In this document: piece by piece, positions 55,508 to 63,570 of the stretch
How positions within the stretch are numbered: the first letter of the stretch is position 1
How the letters are laid out: every line of letters starts with the position of its first letter
DNA from: Planctomycetota bacterium
Lineage (GTDB): Bacteria; Planctomycetota; UBA1135; UBA2386
Reading direction: 5' to 3'
Assembly: GCA_045105235.1 (NCBI GenBank)
Contig: JBGCDH010000011.1
Location: forward strand, 141,992-205,991
DNA length: 64,000 bases
The notes under the pieces: model-generated
Seen by the model: only the letters and a program-made list of their open reading frames with translations
Database searches by the model: none
Told to the model about the DNA's origin: nothing
Program-made: the position numbers and the translations under genes

Positions 55508-57217
55508 ATGCTCCACACGACCACCCATCGATTCGCCGTCCCCACTTTCGCCACTGCGCTCATCCTGCAAGCCGTCATGGGCCAGACCGACGCTCCAGGA
55601 GCCGTGCAGCTGCAAAGCCGCGCAGCCGCAGCGTTCACGAGCAACTCGCCGAGCGGCAACGTCGAGATCTCCGGCAACGGGCGCTTTGTTGCGTTTGCCA
55701 GCCGCGCCAACAACCTGGTGCCGGGCGACACCAATGGCCGCACCGACATCTTCGTGCGCGACCGCCTGACCGGCTCGATCGAACGCGTCAACGTCTCCAA
55801 CAGCGGCGTGCAAGCCAACGACCATTGTTACTACCCGTCGATCAGCGACGACGGAAACCGCGTTGCGTTCTATGGCTTTGCGACCAACATCGTGCCGGGC
55901 AACGCGACCCTCGATACGGTCTTCGTTCGCGATCGCGCTGCCGGCACGACGTTCCGCATCAACGGCATCGGTGGCTTCCCTGCCAACAACAAATGCGTCA
56001 CACCGCGGATCAGCGGCGACGGCAACTACGTCACGTTCGAGACCACCGCGACCAACTTCGTTGCTGGCGATACGCCTAACACCGACTGCATGCTGGTGGA
56101 GATCGACACCGGCGCGATCTTCGCCGCGAGCCACGCAGCCAACGGCAGCGTCGGCAACGGGTTTAGCTTCTCGCCGGCGGTCTCGCGCGACGGTCGCTAC
56201 GTCTGCTTCCACGGCACATCGAGCAATCTCGTTGCCGGCGACACCAACGGCGCGCGCGACGTCTTTCGATTTGATCGCATCACAGGGCAAACCATCCGCT
56301 GCAGCGTCAGCTCGGCTGGCGTGCAGGGGAACGGCCGTTCGTGGCGTTCGAGCATCAACGCGGACGGCCGCTACGTCGCGTTCAACAGCGCCGCCAACGT
56401 GCTCGTGCCCAACGACACCAACGGCACGTTCGACATCTTTGTGCACGACACCACGACCGGCTCGACCGAACGCGTATCGGTCGCATCCAACGGCGGCGAA
56501 GCCACCGGATTCAACTCTTCGCAGTGCTTTCCAAACGTCTCCGAAGATGGGCGCTACGTGACGTTCTTGTCGGATCTGAGCGGCATGGTCGCCGGCACCG
56601 GACCGGGCTTTCACTTTTACCGCCACGACCGCACCACCAATACCACCTTGCTGGTGGACACCGACGCAGCCGGAGTCGGCGGATCGCAAGGCGTCCAGGC
56701 GGCCTACAGCGATGGCGTCTTCTCGCATAACGAACGCGCCACGCAGTCCGCCGACGGCCAGGTCGTTGCGTTTACGAGCCGCTCGATCAACCTGTTCGGC
56801 GGCAACACCTTGCTCGACCGGGTCTACGCCAAAGACCTCGGCATCGCAGCGACCAGCCCTGGTCCCGCGATGGTCGGCGGCAGCGCCGTCACGGATCTTG
56901 CGGCCGCAAGCTACGCCGGTGCGTTCTACGTCGGGGCATTTGCTCTGGGCTACCAGGGCGGCGTCATGCTGCCGGGCGACTGGCGCCTGCCGCTAGATGA
57001 CGACTTCTTGCTCGGCGCAAGCGCGGCGGGCGGCGGCGCGTTCCAAAACAACCTGGGATCCATCGACGCCAACGGTGATGCCCAGTGGAGCGTGCTGGTG
57101 CCAGCGATCCCATCGCTGAGCGGCCTGGTGTTCTACTCGGCGGCGGTAGTCTTTGACTTCGCACCAGGCTTGACCGTGCGCGGCGTCAGCAACGCGGTGC
57201 CGTTTACGATCCAGTAG
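55508..57217 (+). CDS. Secreted PD40/TolB-like beta-propeller repeat protein
   Basis: The signal peptide is followed by at least 7 copies of a ~45-aa repeat (S.DGRYVAF.S.A.NLV.GDTNG..D.FV.D...G). Examples are ISGNGRFVAFASRANNLVPGDTNGRTDIFVRD, ISDDGNRVAFYGF and VSRDGRYVCFHGTSSNLVAGDTNGARDVFRFD. Confidence 0.7.
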   Translation: MLHTTTHRFAVPTFATALILQAVMGQTDAPGAVQLQSRAAAAFTSNSPSGNVEISGNGRFVAFASRANNLVPGDTNGRTDIFVRDRLTGSIERVNVSNSGVQANDHCYYPSISDDGNRVAFYGFATNIVPGNATLDTVFVRDRAAGTTFRINGIGGFPANNKCVTPRISGDGNYVTFETTATNFVAGDTPNTDCMLVEIDTGAIFAASHAANGSVGNGFSFSPAVSRDGRYVCFHGTSSNLVAGDTNGARDVFRFDRITGQTIRCSVSSAGVQGNGRSWRSSINADGRYVAFNSAANVLVPNDTNGTFDIFVHDTTTGSTERVSVASNGGEATGFNSSQCFPNVSEDGRYVTFLSDLSGMVAGTGPGFHFYRHDRTTNTTLLVDTDAAGVGGSQGVQAAYSDGVFSHNERATQSADGQVVAFTSRSINLFGGNTLLDRVYAKDLGIAATSPGPAMVGGSAVTDLAAASYAGAFYVGAFALGYQGGVMLPGDWRLPLDDDFLLGASAAGGGAFQNNLGSIDANGDAQWSVLVPAIPSLSGLVFYSAAVVFDFAPGLTVRGVSNAVPFTIQ

Positions 57218-57336
57218 GCGGCGACGTCTACGACGACGGCGGCGGGCTCGATGCGTTCCATTCGATCGCGTCGGATTCTCGCTCGCGCTGTGCCGAGGGA
57301 TGCGCCAACATGCGCGCTGCTGGGAGGCACGCACAC

Positions 57337-58323
57337 ATGAAGCGCATCGCGGTCATCAATCAGAAAGGTGGCGTCGGCAAGACGACCACAACGGTCAACC
57401 TTGGCGCGGCGCTCGCGCACCACGGCAGGCGGGTTCTGCTGCTCGACCTCGATCCGCAGGCCAACATGACGGTGCACGTCGACAAGCGGCCGGACCTCGA
57501 GAGCGACACGCTGACCAACCTGCTGATCGACGACACGCCGCTGGGCGAGCTGATCCAGGGAACGTCGCTGGAAAACCTGTCGGTTGTGCCCAGCGATACG
57601 TCGCTTGCCGGCGTCGAGCAGGTTTTGGCCAACCGTATCGGTCGCGAGACGATCCTGCGCCAAGCCCTCGACAACGCCAAGGCCGAGGAGCGCTTCGATT
57701 TTGTGCTCTTCGATTGCCCGCCGTCGCTCGGCGTGCTCAGCGCCAATGCGCTCGTCGCCGCCGACTGGGTCGTCATCCCGATGCAGGCGGAGTATCTGTC
57801 GCTCCAGGGCATGGCCAAGCTGCTCGAGGTCATCGATTTGGTGCAAAAGCAGCTCAATCCGAACCTGCAGATCGCCTGCGTGCTGCCGTGCATGCTCGAC
57901 TCGCGCACCAACCTGTCGGCCGAGGTGCTGTCCGAGATCGACCACCATTTCGGACCGCTTCTTACGACAGCCCGTATTCGAAACAACGTCAAGCTGGCCG
58001 AGGCACCGAGCTTTGGCAGAACGATCTTTGAGCATGCGCCTGAAAGCAATGGCGCGAAGGACTACGCGGCATTCGCGCTCGAGTTCTTGGAGAAGATCGG
58101 GGAGCACGATTCGCCTGCTGCTGAGGACACCGCTTCGGAGCCGCTTGCATCGAGCCCGGCCGCTTCGGATCTATCCGAAACAACAGAAGATCATTCCAGT
58201 AAGGGATTTGAGCCAGAATCGGGAGATTCGTCGGCGACCGAGCATAGAGCCGAGCCGGTGATCGACCCCGAACTGATCCCGCGACCCGGGGAGCCACCGG
58301 CGAGCGCCGAGGCGGACACGTAG
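57337..58323 (+). CDS. parA: ParA/Soj-family ATPase with ~75-aa acidic Ser-rich C-terminal extension
   Basis: The ATG at 57337 lies 9 nt after GGGAGG (57322-57327). The deviant Walker A is MKRIAVINQKGGVGKTTTTVNLG. Other blocks are LLLDLDPQ and FVLFDCPPSLG. No ParB-like gene follows. Confidence 0.9.
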   Translation: MKRIAVINQKGGVGKTTTTVNLGAALAHHGRRVLLLDLDPQANMTVHVDKRPDLESDTLTNLLIDDTPLGELIQGTSLENLSVVPSDTSLAGVEQVLANRIGRETILRQALDNAKAEERFDFVLFDCPPSLGVLSANALVAADWVVIPMQAEYLSLQGMAKLLEVIDLVQKQLNPNLQIACVLPCMLDSRTNLSAEVLSEIDHHFGPLLTTARIRNNVKLAEAPSFGRTIFEHAPESNGAKDYAAFALEFLEKIGEHDSPAAEDTASEPLASSPAASDLSETTEDHSSKGFEPESGDSSATEHRAEPVIDPELIPRPGEPPASAEADT

Positions 58324-58364
58324 CCACCGATCTCCCGAGGAGCGCCCTGGGGCTGCCTCCTGAT

Positions 58365-58388
58365 GAGACTCCCGCAGAGACTCCCGCA
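58365..58388. repeat. 12-nt perfect tandem repeat (gagactcccgca x2) between parA and the next CDS
   Basis: 58365-58376 is identical to 58377-58388. Confidence 0.9.
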
Positions 58389-58408
58389 ACTGGGCCTTAA
58401 CCCAGGGG

Positions 58409-59107
58409 GTGTTCCAGATCGATAGCCCTGAGGCTATGACGCCTCAGGACCCTCAACTCGACCAGCTGATCCAACAGATCGGCCAGTGCCTCGGGCGCAT
58501 CGACGAACATGCGAACCGTGTGGTCGATGGCGACGACGATTTGGGAACTGACTTCCGCGACCTCGAGCTGGTTGAGCTGCTCGGGGAAGAGACGGGCATC
58601 ATCAACGATCTGATCGACTCGCTGGTCGTGATCGATCTCGAAGGCGGCGGCGCCGCCGAAAGCCACGAAACGGTCGTCGATGAGCTGCTGGCGGATGTCG
58701 TGCACGCGTTCTTGGCGGAGCTGCAGGTACCGCTCGTGATCCGTCAGAACCTGACGGCCGGCACCGCCCGCGTCTCGATGGCGCCCGAGGTGCTTGCGGG
58801 AGCTCTGCAGCGCGCGCTGATCGTGGCACTTTCGCCGCTGTCCGCAGGCGATGAGCTGGCCATTACGACCCGAACGGATCGCGGCCGCGAACCGTTCGTT
58901 TTGATCGAGTTCGAAGCCATCGGGGCACCACCGACCGAAGCAAACAGCGAGGAATGCCGGACGGAGCAAGACCGCGCCACCACGCTCGACGACTTCGTGA
59001 GCGAGTTCGGCGGCAGCTGCCAGGTGCGCTCCGACCAGACCGGCCGACTCCTGCTGGTGCTCGAGCTGCCCTGCATCAGCACAGCAGATCAGCGCGAATC
59101 CGCCTGA
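58409..59107 (+). CDS. Acidic cytoplasmic protein of unknown function (C-terminal part faintly resembles a degenerate histidine-kinase ATPase fold)
   Basis: High GC3 in this frame; the antisense ORF 58397..59140 is Arg-rich. The start is a GTG at 58409 or an ATG at 58436. The C-terminal pattern is LAGALQRALIVALSPLSAGDELAITT...FVLIEFEAIG...FGGSCQVRSDQTGRLLLVLELP, with no clear G1/G2 ATP-binding boxes. Confidence 0.55.
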   Translation: MFQIDSPEAMTPQDPQLDQLIQQIGQCLGRIDEHANRVVDGDDDLGTDFRDLELVELLGEETGIINDLIDSLVVIDLEGGGAAESHETVVDELLADVVHAFLAELQVPLVIRQNLTAGTARVSMAPEVLAGALQRALIVALSPLSAGDELAITTRTDRGREPFVLIEFEAIGAPPTEANSEECRTEQDRATTLDDFVSEFGGSCQVRSDQTGRLLLVLELPCISTADQRESA

Positions 59108-59126
59108 GTGTCGTAAGCTCCGCAGC

Positions 59127-60242
59127 ATGCGGATAGGCATCGTCTGTTACCCAACGGTCGGCGGCAGCGGCGTGGTCGCCACCGAGATGGCCATGGCGCT
59201 CGCGGCGCGCGACCACGAAGTGCACCTGCTCAGCTACGACCGACCAGGACGTCTGCGCGGCGGCATTCCCGGGCTTCGCTTCCACGAAGTCGCTGTTTCG
59301 GCCTACCCGCTGTTTCGCTACCCGCCCTACGACCTGGCGCTCGCGACCCGGATGCTCGAAGTGCGCGAAGAGGCCAAGGTCGACCTTTTCCACGTGCACT
59401 ACGCGATCCCGCACGCCGTCAGCGCGTTCTTGGCGCGCAGCATGTGCGGCGGCTCCCTCAACTTTGTGACGACGCTGCATGGCACGGACATCACGGTTGT
59501 CGGCAGTGACCGGAGCTACCTGCGCCCGACCCGCTTTGCGCTCGAACAGTCCAACGCGATCACCGCGGTCAGCAGCTACCTGAAGGACGAGACCCACCTC
59601 ATGTTCGGCGTCACCAAAGACGTCGAGGTGGTGCACAACTTCGTCGACACCGAACGTTTTCATCCGCGCGACCACAAGCGGTGGCACCAGCGCGAAGATG
59701 ACGAGCGGATCTTGGTGCACGCGTCCAACTTCCGACCGGTCAAGCGCATCGCCGATGTGGTCCGTGCGTTCGCCGCGATCCAGCGCGAGATGCCGGCGCG
59801 TCTGTTGCTGTGTGGCGACGGTCCGGACCGCGAACACGCTCTCGCGGTCGCTGCCGACCTGGGCTGCAGCCACCGCGTCGAGCACTTGGGCATGAGCGAC
59901 AAGATCGAAGATGTCCTGCCGCGCGCAGACCTGTTCTTGTCGGCGTCCGAAACGGAGAGCTTCGGACTGTCGATGCTCGAAGCGATGAGCTGTGGCGTGC
60001 CCTGCGTCAGCTCGGATGTCGGCGGCGTTGCCGAGGTACTCGGCGAAACCGGACGACTGGTGCCGCTAGCCAACCCTGACGCTATGGCAGCTGCCGCGAT
60101 CGACGTGCTGAGCGACGCGACCCGCTACAAAGCGCTGGCCAAGGCCGCCAGGACACGCGCCATCGAGCAGTTTTCGACAGAGCGTATTGTCGAGCAATAC
60201 GAAGCGATCTACGAGCGCGTTCTTCGCGAGAATCCGGCGTGA
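59127..60242 (+). CDS. bshA: N-acetyl-alpha-D-glucosaminyl L-malate synthase BshA (GT4)
   Basis: The N-terminus MRIGIVCYPTVGGSGVVATEMAMALAARDHEVHLLSY is the characteristic BshA start. A GT4 C-terminal block follows (SASETESFGLSMLEAMSCGVPCVSSDVGGVAEV). Confidence 0.85.
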   Translation: MRIGIVCYPTVGGSGVVATEMAMALAARDHEVHLLSYDRPGRLRGGIPGLRFHEVAVSAYPLFRYPPYDLALATRMLEVREEAKVDLFHVHYAIPHAVSAFLARSMCGGSLNFVTTLHGTDITVVGSDRSYLRPTRFALEQSNAITAVSSYLKDETHLMFGVTKDVEVVHNFVDTERFHPRDHKRWHQREDDERILVHASNFRPVKRIADVVRAFAAIQREMPARLLLCGDGPDREHALAVAADLGCSHRVEHLGMSDKIEDVLPRADLFLSASETESFGLSMLEAMSCGVPCVSSDVGGVAEVLGETGRLVPLANPDAMAAAAIDVLSDATRYKALAKAARTRAIEQFSTERIVEQYEAIYERVLRENPA

Positions 60243-61369
60243 CCGGAATCTTCTGCGACTACAACGCGGGGGCGCCAGCGCTCCCCGAAGTGCTCGAAGA
60301 GTTCGTGGCCGTGGAGCAGCGGTTCCCGGCCAACCCATCGAGCGTTCACGCCGCCGGACGCCGGGCGCGCGGGGAGCTCGAGCGAGCCCGCCAACGCATC
60401 GCCGATGCGCTCGGCCTCGCCTCGGTCGACGACGTCGTATTCACCAGCGGCGGCACCGAGTCCGCCAACACCGCAGTGCGCGGACTCGGCGACCCGGACC
60501 TGCCAGTCTTGCTGTCGGAAATCGAACACCCAGCCGTGCGCGCCGCTGCCGAACAACGCGGCACGACATGGTGGCAGGACATCGACCCTACCGGCCGCGT
60601 GCGCATCACCGAGCCCGAGTTTGTCGAGAGCTCGCTTCCGCTTGGACTCGTGTGCCTCGCACACGCGCAGAGCGAACTCGGCACGCTGCAGCCGGTCGCG
60701 GAAGCCGCGGGTTTCGCGCGGCGACACCGCGCACCGCTGCTCGTCGACGCCGCGCAAACACTCGGTCGAGAACCTCTGCAAGAGATCATCGCGTGTGGCG
60801 CCGTAGTGGTGCTCTCGCCGCACAAAGCTGGTGGCTTGCGGGGGCACGGCGTGTTGGTCGGCAACGAGCTCCAGCGCCAGCTGAAGCCGCTGCTGCACGG
60901 AGGCGGTCAAGAGTACGGACTTCGACCCGGAACTCAGAGCCCTGCGCTTGCGGCCGCAAACGCACTGGCGATCGAACGTGCCGTGCAGGAGACAGACGCG
61001 CGACAGCTCGCGATGCGCGCCAATCGCGACGCATTCCTGACGGCGCTCGTCGCGGCGCAGTGTCCACACACAGTTTTGACGCCGTTGGCTTCGAGCCTGC
61101 CGAACACCGTCATGTTGTGTTTCGAGAGAGTCGACGGCAGGAACCTGTTACCGGCATTGGACCTCGCCGGCGTGCATGCGTCGCACGGCTCCGCTTGCTC
61201 TTCGGGATCCCCAACACCGCCGCGCATCCTGCAGGTCATCGGACTCGACGAAGAGCGCGCGCGGGCATCGGTGCGCTTCAGTTTCTCGTTTGAAGAGACT
61301 CTCCAGGAATCTACTGAGATCGGCACCCGCGTTGCCGCCCTGCTCGCGCGGCTTCGGCAAAAAATCTGA
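60239..61369 (+). CDS. NifS/IscS-like cysteine desulfurase (class V aminotransferase)
   Basis: The GTG start overlaps the bshA stop (GTGA). The PLP-Lys motif is LSPHKAGGLRGHGVL and the active-site Cys loop is SHGSACSSGS. Confidence 0.85.
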   Translation: MTGIFCDYNAGAPALPEVLEEFVAVEQRFPANPSSVHAAGRRARGELERARQRIADALGLASVDDVVFTSGGTESANTAVRGLGDPDLPVLLSEIEHPAVRAAAEQRGTTWWQDIDPTGRVRITEPEFVESSLPLGLVCLAHAQSELGTLQPVAEAAGFARRHRAPLLVDAAQTLGREPLQEIIACGAVVVLSPHKAGGLRGHGVLVGNELQRQLKPLLHGGGQEYGLRPGTQSPALAAANALAIERAVQETDARQLAMRANRDAFLTALVAAQCPHTVLTPLASSLPNTVMLCFERVDGRNLLPALDLAGVHASHGSACSSGSPTPPRILQVIGLDEERARASVRFSFSFEETLQESTEIGTRVAALLARLRQKI

Positions 61370-61809
61370 ACAGTCGCTCAACCAAGGCGCGACGAGGACT
61401 CCACGTTTCCAAGTCGTTGTTCTGCCCCCGTGCCACGTCGAGAAACGACCAAGATCACGTGACGATTCGGCGCGCTGAGTGCCTCTGTTCACAACGACTC
61501 AGTCTTGCAACAACCGGTGCTGTCGTTAGAAAGGGACCCGACGAAAAGCCTCGGTAGAACGGCCGCCTAACCGTTCGAAAAGACCGATTTTTTTGTCGCG
61601 CCAACCCGACCAGTTTTCTTCGTCTCGCTACCAAGGAAGCCCTCTCGGCCGAGTCACGCCCAGTCACTCGGCCTCCCTTAGCTAGGAACACCAGCCTCGT
61701 CTCGCACCACCGGTCTGTACCGACCTCGCTCTCGTCCCGTCGACCCAACGGATCCTGCGAACACAGACCGGCAACACCACAACCGACCAGCAACCGCCCC
61801 TCCCACACA

Positions 61810-63570
61810 ATGGTGGCACACAACACAACCCCCCAACCCGACACCAACTCTCGAGAGACCGAGCTCCTCAAGAGATTGCTGACACACCTCGTGGCGAACG
61901 TCCGCCGCGAGCAGCTCGAAACCTGGTTTCGCTCCATCGTCGTCGCCCGGGCCGATGACGCAGAGATCGAACTTTCCGTCACCAGCCAGTTCGTTCGCGA
62001 TTGGCTCAAAAAGAACTTCCTCCCGCAGCTCCAGAAGGGCGTCGACAGCCTCGACGGCAAGCAGCGCCGCCTCGTGCTCAGCCACCGTCCAGAAGACGGC
62101 AAGGACAGCCTCAGCCTGATCCAGACATCCTCGCGCGATGAGATCGAATCGATCATTCGCAACTCGATGAATGAGCAAGCCGTGAATGAGCAAGCCGTGA
62201 ACGGGCAAGCCGTGAACGGGCAGCCGGTGCATGGCCAAGCGCACACCAACAATCGCCTGGGGGCGTCGAACGGACCTGCCAGTTCGAACGGCGCGAGCCA
62301 GCAGAACCACACTGTTCAAAAGAACGGCACCGGTGTGCCTGGTGTTCCAAAAGTGGACGGTGTGCCGTTGCCTCCGCAAACGCGCACGCATCCTGCGGCC
62401 GCGCACTCCACGGGTGCCGGGAGTGTTCCGGCTCGTCCAGGTCCGTCTGGTCAGCAGCCGTCTAGTCAGCAGCCATCTAGTCAGCAGCCATCTGATCGCC
62501 GCCAGTCAAACCAGCGTCCGTCAGCTGATCGTCGCGCTGGCAACCCGCTGAACCCCAACTACACGTTCGACCGCTTCGTGGTTGGACCGTGCAACCGTCT
62601 GGCTCACGCTTCGGCTCTCGCGATCGGCGAGAACCCCGGCCACGCCTACAACCCGCTCTTTGTGCACGGCAACGTCGGCCTCGGCAAGACGCACTTGCTG
62701 CAGGCGATCTGCCACACGGTGTTGCGCCGCGATCCGAATGCTCGCGTGCTCTACATGAGCTGCGAAGACTTCACCAACTCCTACATCCAGGCCGTCCAGT
62801 CGCATGCGATTGACAGCTTCCGCGACTACCACCGCGGGGCCGATGTGCTGGTCATCGACGACGTGCAGTTCCTGGCCGACAAGCAAAAGACGCAAGACGA
62901 GTTCTTCCACACCTTCAACGCGCTCTTCGACGGCCAGCGACAGATCGTGCTGTCGTCGGATCGCCCACCGGTTGAAATCCCCACGATTGAGGAGCGCTTG
63001 GTTTCGCGCTTCAAGTGGGGGCTCGTAGCCGAAGTCGAAGCCCCATGTATCGACACGCGCAAAGCCATCGTCTGCCAAAAGGCCGCCGGTCGCGGTGTCG
63101 AGCTGCCGGATGACGTGGCGGGACTTCTCGCAGAGCGCGTCACGTCCAACATCCGCGAGTTGGAAGGTGCGGTCATCAAGGTCGTGGGTTTCGCCGCGAT
63201 CACCGAGCAGCCGATCACGACGTCCCTGGCCGAAAGCTGCCTGCGCGGCATGCCCATGCGCCGTGCCCAGGTGACCTCCGACGAGGTCATGACCCTGATT
63301 ACCGGCGAGTTTGCGATCACGGCGCGTGAGCTGATCGGCAAGAGCCGCACCCAAGCGGTCAGCATGCCGCGTCAGATCGCCATGTATTTGCTGCGCGAGC
63401 ACACCGAGAGTTCGCTCGAGGACATCGGCAAGTTCTTCGGCAACCGCGACCACACGACGGTCATCTACGCGGTCAACAAGATCCGCGAGCGCGCCACCAA
63501 GGACCGCATGTTCAAGGAACTGCTCGATGGTTTGAGCAGTCGCCTGGTCACGCGCGCCTTCCGGACGTGA
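61810..63570 (+). CDS. dnaA: Chromosomal replication initiator protein DnaA
   Basis: Family blocks: NPNYTFDRFVVGPCNRLAHA, FVHGNVGLGKTHLLQAI (Walker A), VLVIDDVQFL, SNIRELEGA, and a C-terminal DNA-binding domain (RQIAMYLLRE...DIGKFFGNRDHTTVIYA). Domain II is long and repetitive. Confidence 0.95.
   Translation: MVAHNTTPQPDTNSRETELLKRLLTHLVANVRREQLETWFRSIVVARADDAEIELSVTSQFVRDWLKKNFLPQLQKGVDSLDGKQRRLVLSHRPEDGKDSLSLIQTSSRDEIESIIRNSMNEQAVNEQAVNGQAVNGQPVHGQAHTNNRLGASNGPASSNGASQQNHTVQKNGTGVPGVPKVDGVPLPPQTRTHPAAAHSTGAGSVPARPGPSGQQPSSQQPSSQQPSDRRQSNQRPSADRRAGNPLNPNYTFDRFVVGPCNRLAHASALAIGENPGHAYNPLFVHGNVGLGKTHLLQAICHTVLRRDPNARVLYMSCEDFTNSYIQAVQSHAIDSFRDYHRGADVLVIDDVQFLADKQKTQDEFFHTFNALFDGQRQIVLSSDRPPVEIPTIEERLVSRFKWGLVAEVEAPCIDTRKAIVCQKAAGRGVELPDDVAGLLAERVTSNIRELEGAVIKVVGFAAITEQPITTSLAESCLRGMPMRRAQVTSDEVMTLITGEFAITARELIGKSRTQAVSMPRQIAMYLLREHTESSLEDIGKFFGNRDHTTVIYAVNKIRERATKDRMFKELLDGLSSRLVTRAFRT
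62170..62244 (+). repeat. Decaying 15-bp in-frame tandem repeat x5 inside dnaA (NEQAV NEQAV NGQAV NGQPV HGQAH)
   Basis: aatgagcaagccgtg occurs at 62170 and 62185. Then come aacgggcaagccgtg, aacgggcagccggtg and catggccaagcgcac. Confidence 0.9.
62449..62523 (+). repeat. Second 15-bp in-frame tandem repeat block inside dnaA (GQQPS SQQPS SQQPS DRRQS NQRPS)
   Basis: ggtcagcagccgtct is followed by agtcagcagccatct x2 (62464 and 62479), then two degenerate units. Confidence 0.9.

Noticed and set aside
62170..62523. Short tandem repeats as a CRISPR or minisatellite locus (also 30173..30202, 47567..47618, 53849..53882, 58365..58388)
   Set aside because: The units are 12-20 nt, directly adjacent or 12 nt apart, with only 2-5 copies. 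They have no unique spacers of CRISPR size, and the dnaA blocks are in-frame coding repeats. No cas genes are present.
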